DNA of 64,000 bases from contig VJWM01000220.1 in the NCBI GenBank assembly GCA_010909165.1, positions 124,001-188,000 on the forward strand, read 5' to 3'. The notes beneath the pieces were generated by a model that saw only the letters and a list, made by a program, of their open reading frames with translations, was not told the origin of the DNA and made no database searches. Source of the stretch: Anthoceros angustus (Eukaryota > Plantae > Anthocerotophyta). The position numbers and the translations under genes were made by a program. The first letter of the stretch is position 1. Each line of letters opens with the position of its first letter. Below are positions 1-13,295 of this stretch, in pieces.

Positions 1-441
1 TTTGAACTTTACCTAATCATATTGTTTCAAGTTTTCTATTGTATCTACTAAGTTATATTTGGATACAAGTCAAATAAAAAAATATTTTATGTTTATGATT
101 CAAGCTTGTATGAAATTGATTAGGATAGTAGTATTGAAGCCCTAGAGGTTTTGCCTTAAAGAGAGTCTACATGTTTGGAAGTGACTGTAGAAGTGCTTTT
201 CTATTTCCTGGCTGTTAATTATATATGTTGTTGCATCTGTCCTTTTCTATTTATTTCGTATTCCTCTCCCTTGTTGTTCTCCTTCTTCCCCCTTCTTACT
301 TGTTCGTGTCTAATCAAAGTCAATTGTGTTGTCTATCTCACTAAGGATCTGCATGAGTAAGTTGAACGGTTTGAAAATGCATTCTAACATTTCTGAAATA
401 TTACAGCAAGGTTCAACCTCTATACTGTAAGTGGAGTAAAG

Positions 442-1191
442 ATGAAGAGTCTTACCAGTGAAGTGTTGGATCCGAATAATCAACGTATTGAGAAAACCGC
501 CGCACAAGTACTTCAAACAACAACCAAACAATCAATGGCATTTTTGAGATGCCCCGTACTAATGCAGAAAATTTTCGAAATATTAGCATTAATTGGAATG
601 TCTGAAAGCAATCTTCGACCATTTCTCCTAATTAGGGGTCCTGCCTTAAGGATCTTGTTTGAGAATTCAGTGAGAAAAATAAATGAAGTTTTACAAGCTC
701 CCTTAGTTTGGAAGCTTCGTCAAGGGCAACCGAGAAACTCTGCAATCACATGGATAGGGCATGTGTTCCAAGACGTTACAGCAATAAAAAAGGCGTGGTG
801 TATCGTCTACCAATATTTCTCACTCAACATAGTGTATAAAAACTATCATGAGGTCTTGATGCATATTATCACTTTCTTAGACCCAAAGGAGTTTCCATCA
901 AAAGCTTCCTCATCAAGCATAGGGCAGCTGGAATTGTGGATTGTTGATAAATGCAGGGAACTTGATATTACCTCGGGCACCTTACATGAGACTTTAAAAC
1001 ATCCAAAGATTTTGGCCCTTGGGTCTACACTTGAGGAAAGCACTATTAGAGATATTGTGTTAAAGGCTAAGCTTTTGGAAAAGGTTGACGAGTTGGGATC
1101 TCTTATAGACTCTACGTTGGGAGACATCAAATCACGAGACTTTATTTTAGCTTCAATTTTAGCTGATTGTTGGGATGTCTTATATACTTAA
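442..1191 (+). CDS. Uncharacterised 249-aa ORF in AT-rich, TE-relic context
   Basis: Long uninterrupted ORF in AT-rich DNA; no motif recognised; followed by retroelement relics. Confidence 0.3.
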   Translation: MKSLTSEVLDPNNQRIEKTAAQVLQTTTKQSMAFLRCPVLMQKIFEILALIGMSESNLRPFLLIRGPALRILFENSVRKINEVLQAPLVWKLRQGQPRNSAITWIGHVFQDVTAIKKAWCIVYQYFSLNIVYKNYHEVLMHIITFLDPKEFPSKASSSSIGQLELWIVDKCRELDITSGTLHETLKHPKILALGSTLEESTIRDIVLKAKLLEKVDELGSLIDSTLGDIKSRDFILASILADCWDVLYT

Positions 1192-1469
1192 GGTTGAGAG
1201 ACCATTAATCGTGAGAAACCTAATTTAGCTTGGATGGTGGTAGATAATCTCACCCCATCTCTCCTTCCTCAATAAAGTGCAAGCAATAATAATTAGGTTT
1301 CTTAATTTCTAGTTTCTTGTTGGTTACTAATTACGTCGTTGAGCAAAGCGTCTCACAACATAAACACATATATTGGGAGGTACAAAACCTTGTATGAAAT
1401 TACTTTATTACATCGTATGATGTCATCATATTATGTTACGTTATGTTAGATTAGATTGTACGGGGAAAA

Positions 1470-1925
1470 GAAGATTTTATCACAAAAAAAGAGATGAAAA
1501 AAACCCATCCACCCCAAAAACAAAGGGAGGAAAACCCAATGAAGGGCACCATGCCAGAGAGACTAGCCCCACGATCACGCATTTCAAAACTACCAACCGC
1601 CCAAAGAACTTCGTGGTCAAGGATGTGAAAAGACCTACTTACCACCGGTGTTAAAGAGGCTACATCTCCCGTGCTCGTTGTCGTTCTGTATATTGCGTTG
1701 GCCAACACCCTCTGCAGAGCGATGGAAACCCTCTGCCGGAAGAAACCAACAATACAAAAAAGGGGGAGGCCAACCCCATTCTTGCGGCTGTGATAAGCCT
1801 TGGCGCAGACCTTGACGAACCTAGAGAAATCCTTGACCATGGCTCCGTGAGTCTCGATGGCAAAAGATACAAAGGCGTGGCCGTCCTGGATAGGAGAGTA
1901 CTTGAGGACCTTAGATTGTACTAGG
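1470..1925 (-). mobile_element. 3' fragment of an RLE-type (CRE-like) non-LTR retrotransposon, with T-rich 3' tail
   Basis: Translation HAFVSFAIETHGAM...RQRVSIALQRVLANAI resembles the FxPxAxETxG...QRxSIAxQR C-terminus of restriction-like endonuclease elements; the tail recurs at about 40395-40465. Confidence 0.65.
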
Positions 1926-2049
1926 TTACAAATTATTGCATTGGATTGTCTTATGTTGGATTGCTTCATATTACTTTGTACATGTGTTCATGTTTATGTT
2001 CGTGACATATGTTGTGTGCCTTGAAGTTCTTGTATTGAGAAGGATGTTG

Positions 2050-2500
2050 CCATAACTTGAGAGGTTATTACCATGAAATGTCAAGTTGCCTAAGGCAAGC
2101 TTGCAAAGCCATTGAAAAAGGCTTGCAGAGATGAATTATGGGTCAAGGAAGCTCGCCATGGTGCTAGAAAGAGCTTGCAGAACTATAAATTTCTCCACCC
2201 TTGACCTACAATTGCCATACTCGGCTCTCATACTTTGAAACTCGAAATCTTAACCAAAATGTGTAGACTCGCGAGGTAGTGAATGAACATGTACATTTCG
2301 TTTAGGAGCCGCACAACTCCTTAGACCTTCACGAAAGTATGTGCACAACTCCCACACTCTGCATGGACTCATATACAAGAGTTGTACCATTATTGGGAGT
2401 TGTAGGTTGAAATGCGTGCTCAAGTGCCAGAGTTTGCTTGTCCAAAGTTTCTCCATTGTATGAGATATCATCGTAACTTCCACAACATCAAGGCCAAGCA
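2050..2500 (-). mobile_element. Degenerate Ty1/Copia GAG-pre-integrase/integrase relic
   Basis: KLWHLSTHFN resembles LWHxRLGHxN; HVHSLPRES-like segment; decayed GGE motif; frameshifted. Confidence 0.5.
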
Positions 2501-2512
2501 CGAGTGCAGTGA

Positions 2513-2562
2513 ATTGTAGCTGCCATCTTAGTGGCTGATGCCACTAAGATGGCAGCTACAAT
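2513..2562. repeat. Perfect 23-bp inverted repeat with 4-nt loop
   Basis: attgtagctgccatcttagtggc-tgat-gccactaagatggcagctacaat. Confidence 0.95.
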
Positions 2563-2654
2563 AGGCAGTCTGCCCATTTCATTCTTTCCTGTGCTTGAAA
2601 TCATCTACCAAGATTGCAATAAGCATCTTATCTAAGATCAGGATGATAATCTCT

Positions 2655-2880
2655 TTTTTGAGCGCCTTGTTTTTCCAATTCATCCACAATCACATTCTGT
2701 TGATGAGGAACATGTGTCGGGGTCAAACCTTCAAACCTATAAATGATCTCCAGTATCTCCTTGTGTAGGCAGCGAGATTCTTAGTCCTAACCTCACACAT
2801 GCCCATAAGTTGCTTAACAAGGAGCTTACTGTCGCAGTAAGCGCTCAAGGCTTTCACCTTCTGATCCAATGCCATCTTCA
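2655..2880 (-). mobile_element. Retroelement RNase HI (archaeal-type aRH) fragment
   Basis: ALDQKVKALSAYCDSKLLVKQLMG...THVPHQQNVIVDELENKAL matches the DSxLVVxQ and HVPRxxNxxADxLA motifs. Confidence 0.6.
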
Positions 2881-3547
2881 ATGGTGCAACAAGGTTTGAT
2901 ATTCAGATTCATCGTTGGTGTTGTAGGAGATGCAATTATTGACTTTCCTCGATCTCACATCATCCGGACTGTAAAAAAGATTCCGATTCCAACTTTGCCA
3001 TGAGACACCTCTTCGTCGATTGGACAATTTGCAGATGCTTTTTAATTCTTGATTCTTCAGTGCTACGAGTGACAGAGGTATTCTTCAATATATCTATCTA
3101 TATTGGAGAGATATTACAAGTAGAATATCAGCTGTTAGCAGAATATCAGTTTGAGAGAGAAATTAGAGGGGGAAGTAACATCAGCACGTCGCATGTTTTC
3201 ATCGGCAGCAGCAGCACTGAGACTCTGGTGTCCACTGTACTGTTTGCTCATTTGGACACGAGCATCGAGCAGAACAGTTGGCCGCGGAGCCAGGAGCCAG
3301 GAGCCAGGAGCAGGAGAGAAGTTGACACATCGGGACGTCCGCAAGGTTTCCCTTTCGCAGCTACGACGCAAGGGCCTGAAGCTAAGATTGTTCATGTGAC
3401 AGCCAATGCGTGCAATTGGAGATTGCTGCCAGTTCTAGCTTTTCTCTGCCAGCTCCTCCTTGGTGCGCTGAGCCGGAGCTCGCTCACGCTGACAGGACTC
3501 GGAGTAGGAATCCAGCTTAACAGAACTGCGGAGCTCTCACCAGATTA

Positions 3548-6500
3548 ATGGCAGTGGCGGCGTCCGTCGAGGCTTTGGGGGCCTGTACTTATCGCTCAGG
3601 GTTAGGTTCTTCGTCCGGTGCAGGTGCAACTGGATTGCGTACCCGCAGCACTGGGAATGTAATGGAGCACACTCGGGTAGCGGCAGGGAGGAATTCTCTT
3701 TCTGGGAGCTGGGGTATCAGGTTTGGGAGTAGATGGACGAGGCGTGAAGAAAGTTCTACATGTGGAATGAATGGGTTACAGTTTTGGGGTCATCATGGTG
3801 GCAGTGCCTATAAGGGACTTTCCGGTAGACATCCGGCTGAGGAGTTCACACAAATCAGGAGGGGGCGGTTGACTATTGTGAGTGCTGCTGTGATGGACGG
3901 GAAGCAGGTGGAACGCGCATTCTTGCAAGACCATGTCGGCCCGAATGCGGTAGTGCTGGAAGCACAAGCACGTGTGTGCACCGGGCCCAAACAGACCAGG
4001 CCACTCACGGAGGAAAGTGCACGGGATGTTCTTCTTACCATTGTACGTTCAGGTGAATGTCTGCTGTGACAGCAGGTGTTAAGTGATATCTTCGTTTGGT
4101 TTTTGGTTAGGGGAGGTGGTCCAGTGGGTTTCACAAGAGGTGTCTCGTGTCTAACAGTGACTGGGGGAGCCGTTCTTTTCCTTGTATTGTGTTGGGAACT
4201 GGAAGAAGGAATGGTTGTCTTCCTGTTTTGCATCTGGTTTTCTTCACGTTGTGGAAGGAATTCAATCACACCTCTTCACGGCATACACGTGTGTTTGTTT
4301 GTAGTGAATGGGGAGCTTGAAGAACGGGAGAAAGTTTCAGCAGCTCAGCTGGGTGCCTTTTTCGGAGCTATGACACTTAGAACAACCTTTCCGCCTTCTA
4401 CGCAGTGGAGCGATGGCGAAAGAAAAGCTCTCACGGAGATGTGGCCCACGCTGTGTCAAATCCTTCCTCCTGATATCCTGTTTCTAGCCGATCCTGAAGG
4501 TGCAATTTTCGGCGGCCTGCCACCTGTAGGACCCACTTTCACAGGCAATGGAGGGGCAGAGATGAGGCTGGTGGGTGCCTTGAGAGAGGTCCTTGCTGGT
4601 GGTCATCTTGGATTTGAGGAGGTGGTCGGTTTACTGCGAGACATCTTACCTCTGAGGGGTTCTGAGGGAATTGTTCGTGATTCTCTCGTGGCTGCGTTTT
4701 TAATAGCGCAGCGCATGAACACCGAGACTGAGAGAGAGCTGAAGGCGTACTGCATGGCATTTGATGACGAACTTGGTAAGTGGTATGTACAGTCGTGGTT
4801 GCTGGACAGTGCTTAGAGCAGCCCGTGGTGCTTTGCAGCTTGTATACACAAGCTTAAGGAAGCCTTTTCTATTGACTATGGACTGGCTCATCCACGGGGC
4901 CATGCAATTAGAATTTGAGGTGACGTGTATGACATTGTTGCTGCTGATGACGTGCTCTGTACGCCTGTCTACTGGCGATTGGGTTTTCGCTCGCAGGGAC
5001 CTTGCCCACAGCAAATGTCCACTCCTTGACTCACTATGGTGAGCCCTACGATGGAAACACTCGTTTCTTCCGGAGCACTCTGTTTGTTGCTGCTGTACGA
5101 GCCAGTTATGGAGAAGCTTGCGTTCTACATGGAGTGGATTGGATGCCTCCTAAGGTTTGCCTGAAGTCATTCATCTTTCTGTAGCTTGCTGTGGTGTATG
5201 TTGTTTATAAGCTGTGGGCAGCACGCAAATATTCATAGGGTGGTACTATCCACAGAGTGGTGTTACAGAAGAACAGATCCTGAAGCACCTTGGAGCTGCC
5301 ACGACCCTCGATCCTGAAGCTGCCGTTAGACTTCTTGAGGTGGAAATCTCTTTCAATTCTCTTGAGCAGTCTAGAATGGACAAAATTGTGTTTGAGAAGC
5401 TCATGCCTTTCTATCGCCCTACCCAGGATAGGGAAGTAGGGTTTGCATTCTTGAGCCAACGAGAGGTTCGACCATCTCTGTGAGTCTCTTTCTCAAAGTG
5501 TTTTGTGCAACAGGGCTGATACCAGCCTGGGCACTTAGCATAGGCGTTGCATCATTTCCCAGATCTGTTGGTCCTTGCTTTAAAGGTAGTCTGTCCTTGA
5601 ATTTGTGGACACTTACTGATGTGGACATGAGAAGATAGTGCACGCATCTTCTAACATTTACCTTGTAGATACTCTCTGCGTGATTTGCGACGCCATATAA
5701 AGAAGAGACCACCTATCGCAACGACAGAGAAAGTCCAGCAATTTATCCGGGTGAGCATAGCTTTGCTGCGTCAGTGGGGCGTATGGAGTTTCTGAAACTC
5801 GCTACAGATATTAATGACTGGTTTTACCACGGATGATTCAGGGTGTTAATCGAGAGGCAATCATGGCTGGATTTTATCATGAAGGATACGAAGAACCTTT
5901 GCTTATGCTGATCCGACGAAGAGGAGTTGATGCTGGTCTTGTCATAAAGGTAAGGCAAGTGCTTAGTTAACAAATGTTCCAGAGTGGGAAGCAATACCAT
6001 TGACTTGACTTTTGAACTTAGGGAGAAGAGGGTGGTCTGTCATTGACAACAAAGGGGCGCTCTCCAGATGCTGGCATCAAGGGTCGGCCAGTGAACTTCT
6101 GTGCTGGCTTCCGGCCCTCCACTGATCCAAACGTGAAGGAAGACATGGATGGTATGGTGTGCGGTTCGCGTGATGCTTTGGCAGAATGGCACCAGATATT
6201 TGAGTGACTCAAACCTGTCTCATGCTCCAGGCGTCCTACGTGAAACCTTCGGCCTCGAGCTTCATGCAGAAGACTACGGTTTCCAGTCGACACCAACACC
6301 AAGGGTTGATAAGTCGGTAATACTCTTGCTCCTAGCTTGCCTAAGGAGGGCGACACCTTGTCTTGCATGCCTCAATCTGGATGAGTGTTTCAGACAAAAA
6401 GATAACTAGTGCGCTGCTCTACACAGGTGGTGAAGAACGTGGAACTCGGACTGGATGCGTTAAAAGGCGAGAAAGGCCCTGCATATGATCGTATAGTCTT

Positions 6501-6648
6501 CAATGCAGCCATGGCAGATCATTTATTGCACTGCAAGGGAGCTAACCATATCTCGACAGCCATTGCGAGAGCTCAGGAAGCCATCGACAGCGGACGAGCT
6601 TTGGAACATCTCATGAACTACGTAGCTAGAAGTCACCTGGTAGCGTGA
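3548..6648 (+). CDS. Anthranilate phosphoribosyltransferase-like protein (plant At1g70570-type), multi-exon
   Basis: Exons encode ARVCTGPKQTRPL, AQLGAFFGAMTLR, LTHYGEPYDGNTRFFRSTLFVAAVRA, HGVDWMPPK, KGPAYDRIVFNA; GT-AG introns; transit-peptide-like N-terminus. Confidence 0.88.
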
Positions 6649-9434
6649 TGAGAGGGGCTTCTTGAAGCCATCATCTGGTAAAGGATACTGGGACAAGTGT
6701 GCAGGGTACAACGAGAACCTTGTTACGGGAGTGGGTAGATGGCCAGTTGCTGTTGGACATGGGACAGACCACACAGCTAATCAGTCGATATGGGTGCCCG
6801 CACCGCCCGGGGATCTATTCCTTGGCGCTCCTACGCATCTGCTGCAGCGAGCATGGTGTAAGGTGTAAGGTGTAGCTTACTCTTGTCTGGCAGTAAAGGA
6901 CAAAATCTGGAGGTCTGGAATATATTCTTGGCGTAAGAGTTGCTGCTCTGTGCAGAAACCAGGGCACGAATCTTGTATGTACATACATCCGTGGGCGGGT
7001 GGCAGGGCAGGCTCTTAGCGTCACACAATCGCAGCCGCGGCCTTATCACCGATGGTACACTGCTACTACACACACGGCCAGGGGGTCGAGACTCGACACT
7101 GGACGAGTCTGACTCCTCCTCTTCGCTCTTCGCTCTTCCTCGACAGATGTGATCCCGTTGAGCGGGCCGACACTGGAGGCCAGTGGGACCTGCATCTGAC
7201 CCTTGAGCCGCAGGGAAAGGGATCGTGTCCGATTAAATGCCCGCATCCACTAGCAAGCAGCATCGAAAGTCGAGAACCCTAATACACAGGGCACCGAGGT
7301 ACATGCAGTGACCGACGCACAGGATTTCCACATGACCTAAAGCGCGAGCCTGTCCAGCTGCAAGTTGGTGAGGAGGATGGCGATGGCTGCCTCCGAGTCC
7401 CACTGCTACGACGGGGTCTAAGTCACCCGGTAGGTGGCCCCGCGCAGCAGCCCGCATCCAGCAAAGCCCCTTTCCCGAACGCAGGATCCTTTTCCGCATT
7501 CTGAAAGGAACTGGCGGCCTGAATCCTCATCCGCTTGCATCGCCAGATGCTCAAGCCCCACCAACACGCTCGTGCAGTCGCATGTCTGCAATCTGCAGGC
7601 AAGGCAAAGTATGACATGGTGTAGAACATATCCTGCATTCTGCATCCACCTCTTAGCCAGCCAGGATGGAGAGGAAGGCGGAAGCGGCACGGTATTGTGA
7701 TGTGACAGGCAGGGCAGCCGGATCTCCACTTCAGTGCAACTGGCTGGATCACATCGCGGGACGAAGGACATCATCCAAAGCTCTTCATCGTCGTCGGCTC
7801 CGATTAGGGCAAGCCTCGTATTTTACCGTGCTCATTCGAACAACTTCCCGCAAGGTAGTTAACTCTACTTCACCCGACCCATGCTTTGCTCGACGGCTGC
7901 CTATGTCATACTACGGCCATAAGTCGGTGCAGGAATAACGGAGATGGCAGGCCTGCGCTCGGCGGTCAAAGTGGCAGGAAGCATGCGGATGAATCCGCGA
8001 GAGTCCAGGGTGCGCCAATCACATGGTTCAGCATTTTTAGGGGGGACAAGGCGCGTTCAAGTAGCTCGAATGCCGGTGCCCGGCTGGGCTTGCATTGAAT
8101 GCACACTAGCCACCCATGTGTGTCCTGTTCACAGGTATTCACTCTCCGTCACCTCCACCTGGGCTGTTGCAATCTGGGCACTTGTGGGGTCAGTACAGTA
8201 CACTGGTGTACTCCGTATTTGCTTCCAGGGCCCAGCAATCCATGCCCCCGGTCCAGACTCTCAACCCTGGCACCCACCAAGGGGACAGTAGACAAACGAA
8301 ACTCTCCCATCTCATTGGCCTGCCATGCCTACACGCTCCTCTTCCTCCCTCCACCCTCCACCTTTTGGTCCAAAATCTGTAAAGCTTCAAGGTCCAGGAA
8401 ACAAAAACGATAGGCAGCCACAGCAGGACGTGGACAAGGCCTCCACTCCAGAAATACATGGCTGCCTTCATGTCACACCGAGGGCTCACATATCAAGATA
8501 CTATCTCCACCTGCAGCCCTTTTCCCATCAAGACGGCATTGATTTTAGTTCACATAAATATGTTTAGGCTATGATATCCATCATCATTCATCTTAGCTTC
8601 TATCTTCTTTCCATCCTACTTGCCTTGCGTTGCATGCGAGGTAAGGATACTGGTGTTCTGTTATTTGACACTAATCACCCCTCTAGATGATATTGCAGGT
8701 TGAAGTTGGCAAGGCGTACATGGACAGTGTACGCTACAAATCGTACAATGGGAGGTTGTGGGTGGCGTACAGGGAGCTGTGGAGTATAATTGAGGGTGTA
8801 CATACGTACATGGACAGAGAGAGGCAAGGGAGGCAGCGACGCACGCCGCGGAGGGTCAAAAATGTTGGAAATGGCAGCATGTACCGGTTTTGCGCAGGCG
8901 AGCACATGGCGAGCGCCGCAATCTGCCAATCCCCGAGCCAGGATACCGAGCCGGCCGCGGGCCGCGCGGCGCGGGCGGAGGGCGCCTCGTGGCGAGACCG
9001 GACCGGCCCCAACCCTAGATCCCGCGGCAGGGCCTAACGTTTATTACTTAATAGCGCGAGATGAGACGCTTTTGAATTGTCGGTCGGTAGGCCAGGCGTA
9101 TATATGGGGTAGAGCTGACCGGGGTTCGAGCCGCGGCTGGAAGTGCGGAATGTTTGGCAGCTGCGCCAAGGCAGCTCGCTCCTCTAATGCGCGTGCCATG
9201 CTCTTCCCATTCGCTGCTGCTGCTTCCTCTGAGCCGGGCGGGCGGGCACGCCACGCTCCTTGTTTGCGTGTGGTTGATCACAAGGGATTTGCGTAGCAGA
9301 CATCCCCCCAATTCCGAAGGTGCTGGTGTGCGATTCTGCCTTTGTGGGCGGTAGAATTTGGCGGAGATGGCTGGTGGGTTCTTGCTAGCGGGGCCTGGAT
9401 GCGGGGGAATGCAGCGATTGTGACATTAGGAGTG

Positions 9435-9516
9435 GGGGGCTGGATCTACGGTGGTCGCCGTGGGTGGGGGAATTGGGGGAGGGAGAGGGAGAGGGAGTGG
9501 GAGTGGGAGTGGGAGA
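9435..9516 (+). repeat. G-rich (GGGAGA/GGGAGT)n tract upstream of the 5PTase start; G-quadruplex potential
   Basis: Run of more than 8 GGG tracts with short spacers. Confidence 0.6.
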
Positions 9517-10116
9517 GTTAGGCCCAGTTGTGGTGGAGCCCGGGTGTGGCATTTCTGGCGATGGCGACGGCCGGAGCTCGGTCGACGCGCGTGTTGGGAG
9601 ATGTCACCGTCGGGTAGGGCCGGGTTTCCATTAGCGAAAGCTTGAGTGAGGGAGTGAGCTTGAGAGGAGAGCACAGCGGGAGATGCCCCCGGTACTGGTG
9701 CTGGTATTGCGGCTGGCAGGAAGCTGGGTCCTGGCGTCTGCAGCTTCACGGCATTGAGGTTTGTGGGTACTTGCTTCTCCTGCTCCCGGAGCTTATAGGC
9801 CGATGCTTTCGGCTCTGTGGAGAAAGCATCTGAGAGGGTATTGTGCTGGGAGGTGGGTTGCGGGGGATGAATGCGCCCTGAAGGAGAGTAGGCCAGGGTC
9901 CAATGCAAACACCCGAGAATTGGCTGCGGACTCTCTGTTCCTTGAGCAACAAGGCTAGGAGCTTGCCCGCTTGTTCCAGGCAGGTGTCTGTGGTTTGTGG
10001 TTTCTGGGTCTGTGGTGTGAGGTCTCGGAACGGTTCTGAGGGTGTTTTTCTGCTGCTGCTGTTGGTGCTGCAGACGGCTATTCCAGAACGCGTTTCCGTA
10101 TGTGCTGCTGCTGAAT

Positions 10117-12857
10117 ATGCGGATGGTTGCTACGCGGAGATCTGAGGTAAGGGTGGTTGGGGATCCCGGGCTTGTGTGGGGATGGTGTTCGTGAAACCCT
10201 TCTTTTTGTCATTTGTGCGGATTGTTTGGTTGAGAATCCGGGAAAGGCTGTTCATGCGCAGCCTTGTGGTCCATTCTTACAACAATTGCGCAATCTGGTC
10301 TGTGGTGCAGTTGTGTCAGAGTAGCTGTTGGCATGAAGCCGATTTGGCCGGGTGTCATTGCTTCCAGTGCTTACCTGGTCAATTCTTCCAGTTCTTCTGG
10401 GCTAGGCAGGTGGTGAGGAAATGGCTGAACATTAGGTCGTCCGGGGACGAGTTCAATGCCGATGGCCCGGAGGAGGGGGATGAGAGTGATGAGGATGAAA
10501 AAGGTGCACAGCGTCGGCGGCTTTGTCGTTACGGCGTTGCCTCTGCTTTGCTTGCCTTTTGCCTTTCATGAATCTGACACTTGCTGGCCCTGCTCCAGGC
10601 GACTTCTTTGAGTGCCCTGATGTGGACCAGAGTTTGGTGAGAGCGAGAAGTGAGTTGTCAATTCTTGAGGAAACTACTCCAGGTGAGCCCTCTTTTGCTG
10701 CCCGCTTGGGTCGGCGTGTGTAGGGGCTATAGCACGGATGGATGCGGCCTCTGCCTGTCGGTACTTGATGAGCTATAACCTCGTTTCCACTTCTGGATGG
10801 CAGAAAAATTGGGAAGGCCTCAGAACAATGGATTACATCGATGGCAGTCGGAGCCCATCAGCTCGGATATGCTCAGGAGCCAGGAATACAGGTAATGAGC
10901 AGTCCGCTGTTGCTTCTTAATGGGATGTGATTGCCGACGCCGTGACTCATCTGGTATGTGTTTCTGTTGGTTGAAACAGAGTGTCAGTTGGGACCTGGAA
11001 TGTTGCCGGCAAACTACCTCCGGATGGTTTGGAGATCGAGGAGTGGTTAGATACATCTGAACCAGCAGATATCTACGTCCTCGGGTTGGTCCACGTTTTC
11101 CTTGTCCAACAGTTTCTTGATTTCAAGGTTCCGTGATGGGAATGTCCACTTAGTAGGAACCTCTCGAGTTGGCAGGTTTCAGGAAGTGGTTCCTTTGAAC
11201 GCCGGTAATGTCTTGGGTGCGGAAGACGATGGGCCGGCGGTGAAGTGGGATGCCTTGATTCGCCAAACTCTGAACAAAAAATTCACCCCAACCAAACCGA
11301 AGAGCTACAGCACCCCTGCTTCCCCGACCAGAGCTGATGTAACGGATGTGGTGTCTCGGCTGCAGTCTATCGTTGAGGGTGTTGTTCACAAGGATGAATC
11401 CTCAGCCTTGCTAGAGACTGAAGGAAACAGAAATCAGGGGCCTGAGACTAGAAGTAACCATGAGGCCCAAAAAGAGCAGGTGAACTCCCGAAGGAAAAAC
11501 AGGGAGTACTCTCGTACATGGTCTTCGTTCAGGTTGCCAGCCGACTCTGTAGATCTGGGCAGTAGCAAGGTGACGAGGACAGTGTCAGCAAGAGATGAGA
11601 ATATCTTCACCACAGAAGAGACTGTGGTGTCCCCTGTGTCTTCACCACTGCTTTCCAGAGGCGCCTCAGCCACAAAATCTACTTACCTGCGGCAAGGCTA
11701 CTCCCGCGTTGCCAGTAAGCAGATGGTCGGTATCTTCATCTCCGTTTGGGTCCGAACAAGCCTGCGACGCTATGTCCACAACATCAAGGTGTCCAGTGTG
11801 GGACTTGGTCTCATGGGTTACCTTGGCAATAAGGTATGACTTTCCAAGCTACACATCACCTACTGTATCATACGTGTGCTTTCCTTCCAAGAACTTACAC
11901 TCTTCTCTTCCCTTCTGTCGCAGGGTTCTGTGTCAATCAGTATGTCATTGCAACAAACAAGCTTCTGCTTCGTCTGCTCCCACTTGACGTCTGGGAACAA
12001 GGAAGGTGATGAACTGCGCAGGAACTCTGATGTGGCAGAGATACTTAAGAGGACGCACTTTCCTAGGACTGCAAAGTCCATAAGGCAGGATCTTCCGGAC
12101 ACCATTTTGGCTCACGAGTGAGTATCAGCTCAATGTCCACTGTCCTTCGATATCTTGCATTGCTATGGGCTCGGCTATCTCAAGTGCTAACTCACTTGTC
12201 TACTGTCCTTTCACTGCACATTACAGTCGGATCATATGGTTGGGAGACCTAAACTACCGCCTAACTTCATCACACTCTGAGACGAGGAAGCTGGTAGCTC
12301 AAGAGCAATGGGAGAGCCTCCTCACGAAAGACCAAGTAAGATCATTGCTGCTCATCCAATCACCGTCTCCTTTGAGAAATTCCTCCAACAACCCTCACTC
12401 GATTCATTGTTGTCCTTGTCCATGACAGCTTAAGCTCGAACAGGCTGCTGGGCGTGTGTTTGATGGGTGGCGAGAAGGGGTCATCTACTTTGCTCCCACG
12501 TACAAGTATGTCATGGATTCCGACCAATACTTCGGGGAGGTCCAAAAGCCAGGAGAGAAGCAGCGTGCACCTGCCTGGTAAAGTCTCAAGCCGATTCTCC
12601 TTTCTTCCTCATGTCTCTGGTGCCCGGTCTCACCTTGGTGCTTGTGCAGGTGTGATCGGATTCTGTGGTATGGAAAAGGTCTCAGACTGCTGTCCTACGT
12701 GCGCGCGGAGTCCAGACTTTCTGACCATCGCCCAGTCAGCGCCGTCTTCTTTGCCGAAGTGGAATTTGACTCCCGCAAGTTCAAGAAAACCTTGACAAGC
12801 CCCGACGTGGACGGCATCTTGCAGCGAGGTCGGGACCTCCAGAGAAGCTTGCGGTGA
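10117..12857 (+). CDS. Type I inositol polyphosphate 5-phosphatase (IP5P1/IP5P2-like), multi-exon
   Basis: [10 protein letters not shown]|[27 protein letters not shown]|[32 protein letters not shown]|CDRILW, SDHRPV. Confidence 0.93.
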
Positions 12858-13295
12858 AAGGCGTGGCGTCTGCCGAACTCCCCCGTGACCTGTGCCGACA
12901 AAGCGAGGGGAAAAGTTCGCGCAAGAACCAACACTCGCCGACATAGCCTTGTCAAGAAGGAGCATAAATTTCTTTTAGGCTGAAATTTGCATTCCTACTT
13001 TTCATGCTTCGGTTACTGTTGTGTACAGAGACGTAAGTTTGTACAGTAACGGCACTGTATCACCTGGTTGTAATAAGGAAGAAGGTCAAGGCGAAAAGTC
13101 GTTTAATTCGTTATTGTGGAAACGAAATCCGTTAGTCATGTCTGGACGCATGGCCTTCGAGTCCGAGCCGTGGCAACAACAACAGTTTTGTTTATATCCA
13201 ATATGCACTAACGTGGTGGCCAAAGTACATATCCGGGCGCACAGCAGAGAAGGGAGGGAGTCAAATTCCGAGGCCAGAAGTGAGCTTGCGCGAAA

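Noticed and set aside
3000-3548. 182-aa ORF upstream of the PRT-like gene
   Set aside because: Spans promoter/5'UTR sequence including a GGAGCCA microrepeat; not protein-like.
6660-8600. Many overlapping short ORFs suggesting a hidden gene
   Set aside because: No recognisable motifs; a candidate minus-strand exon has stops in all frames; expected in GC-rich DNA. A lncRNA cannot be excluded.
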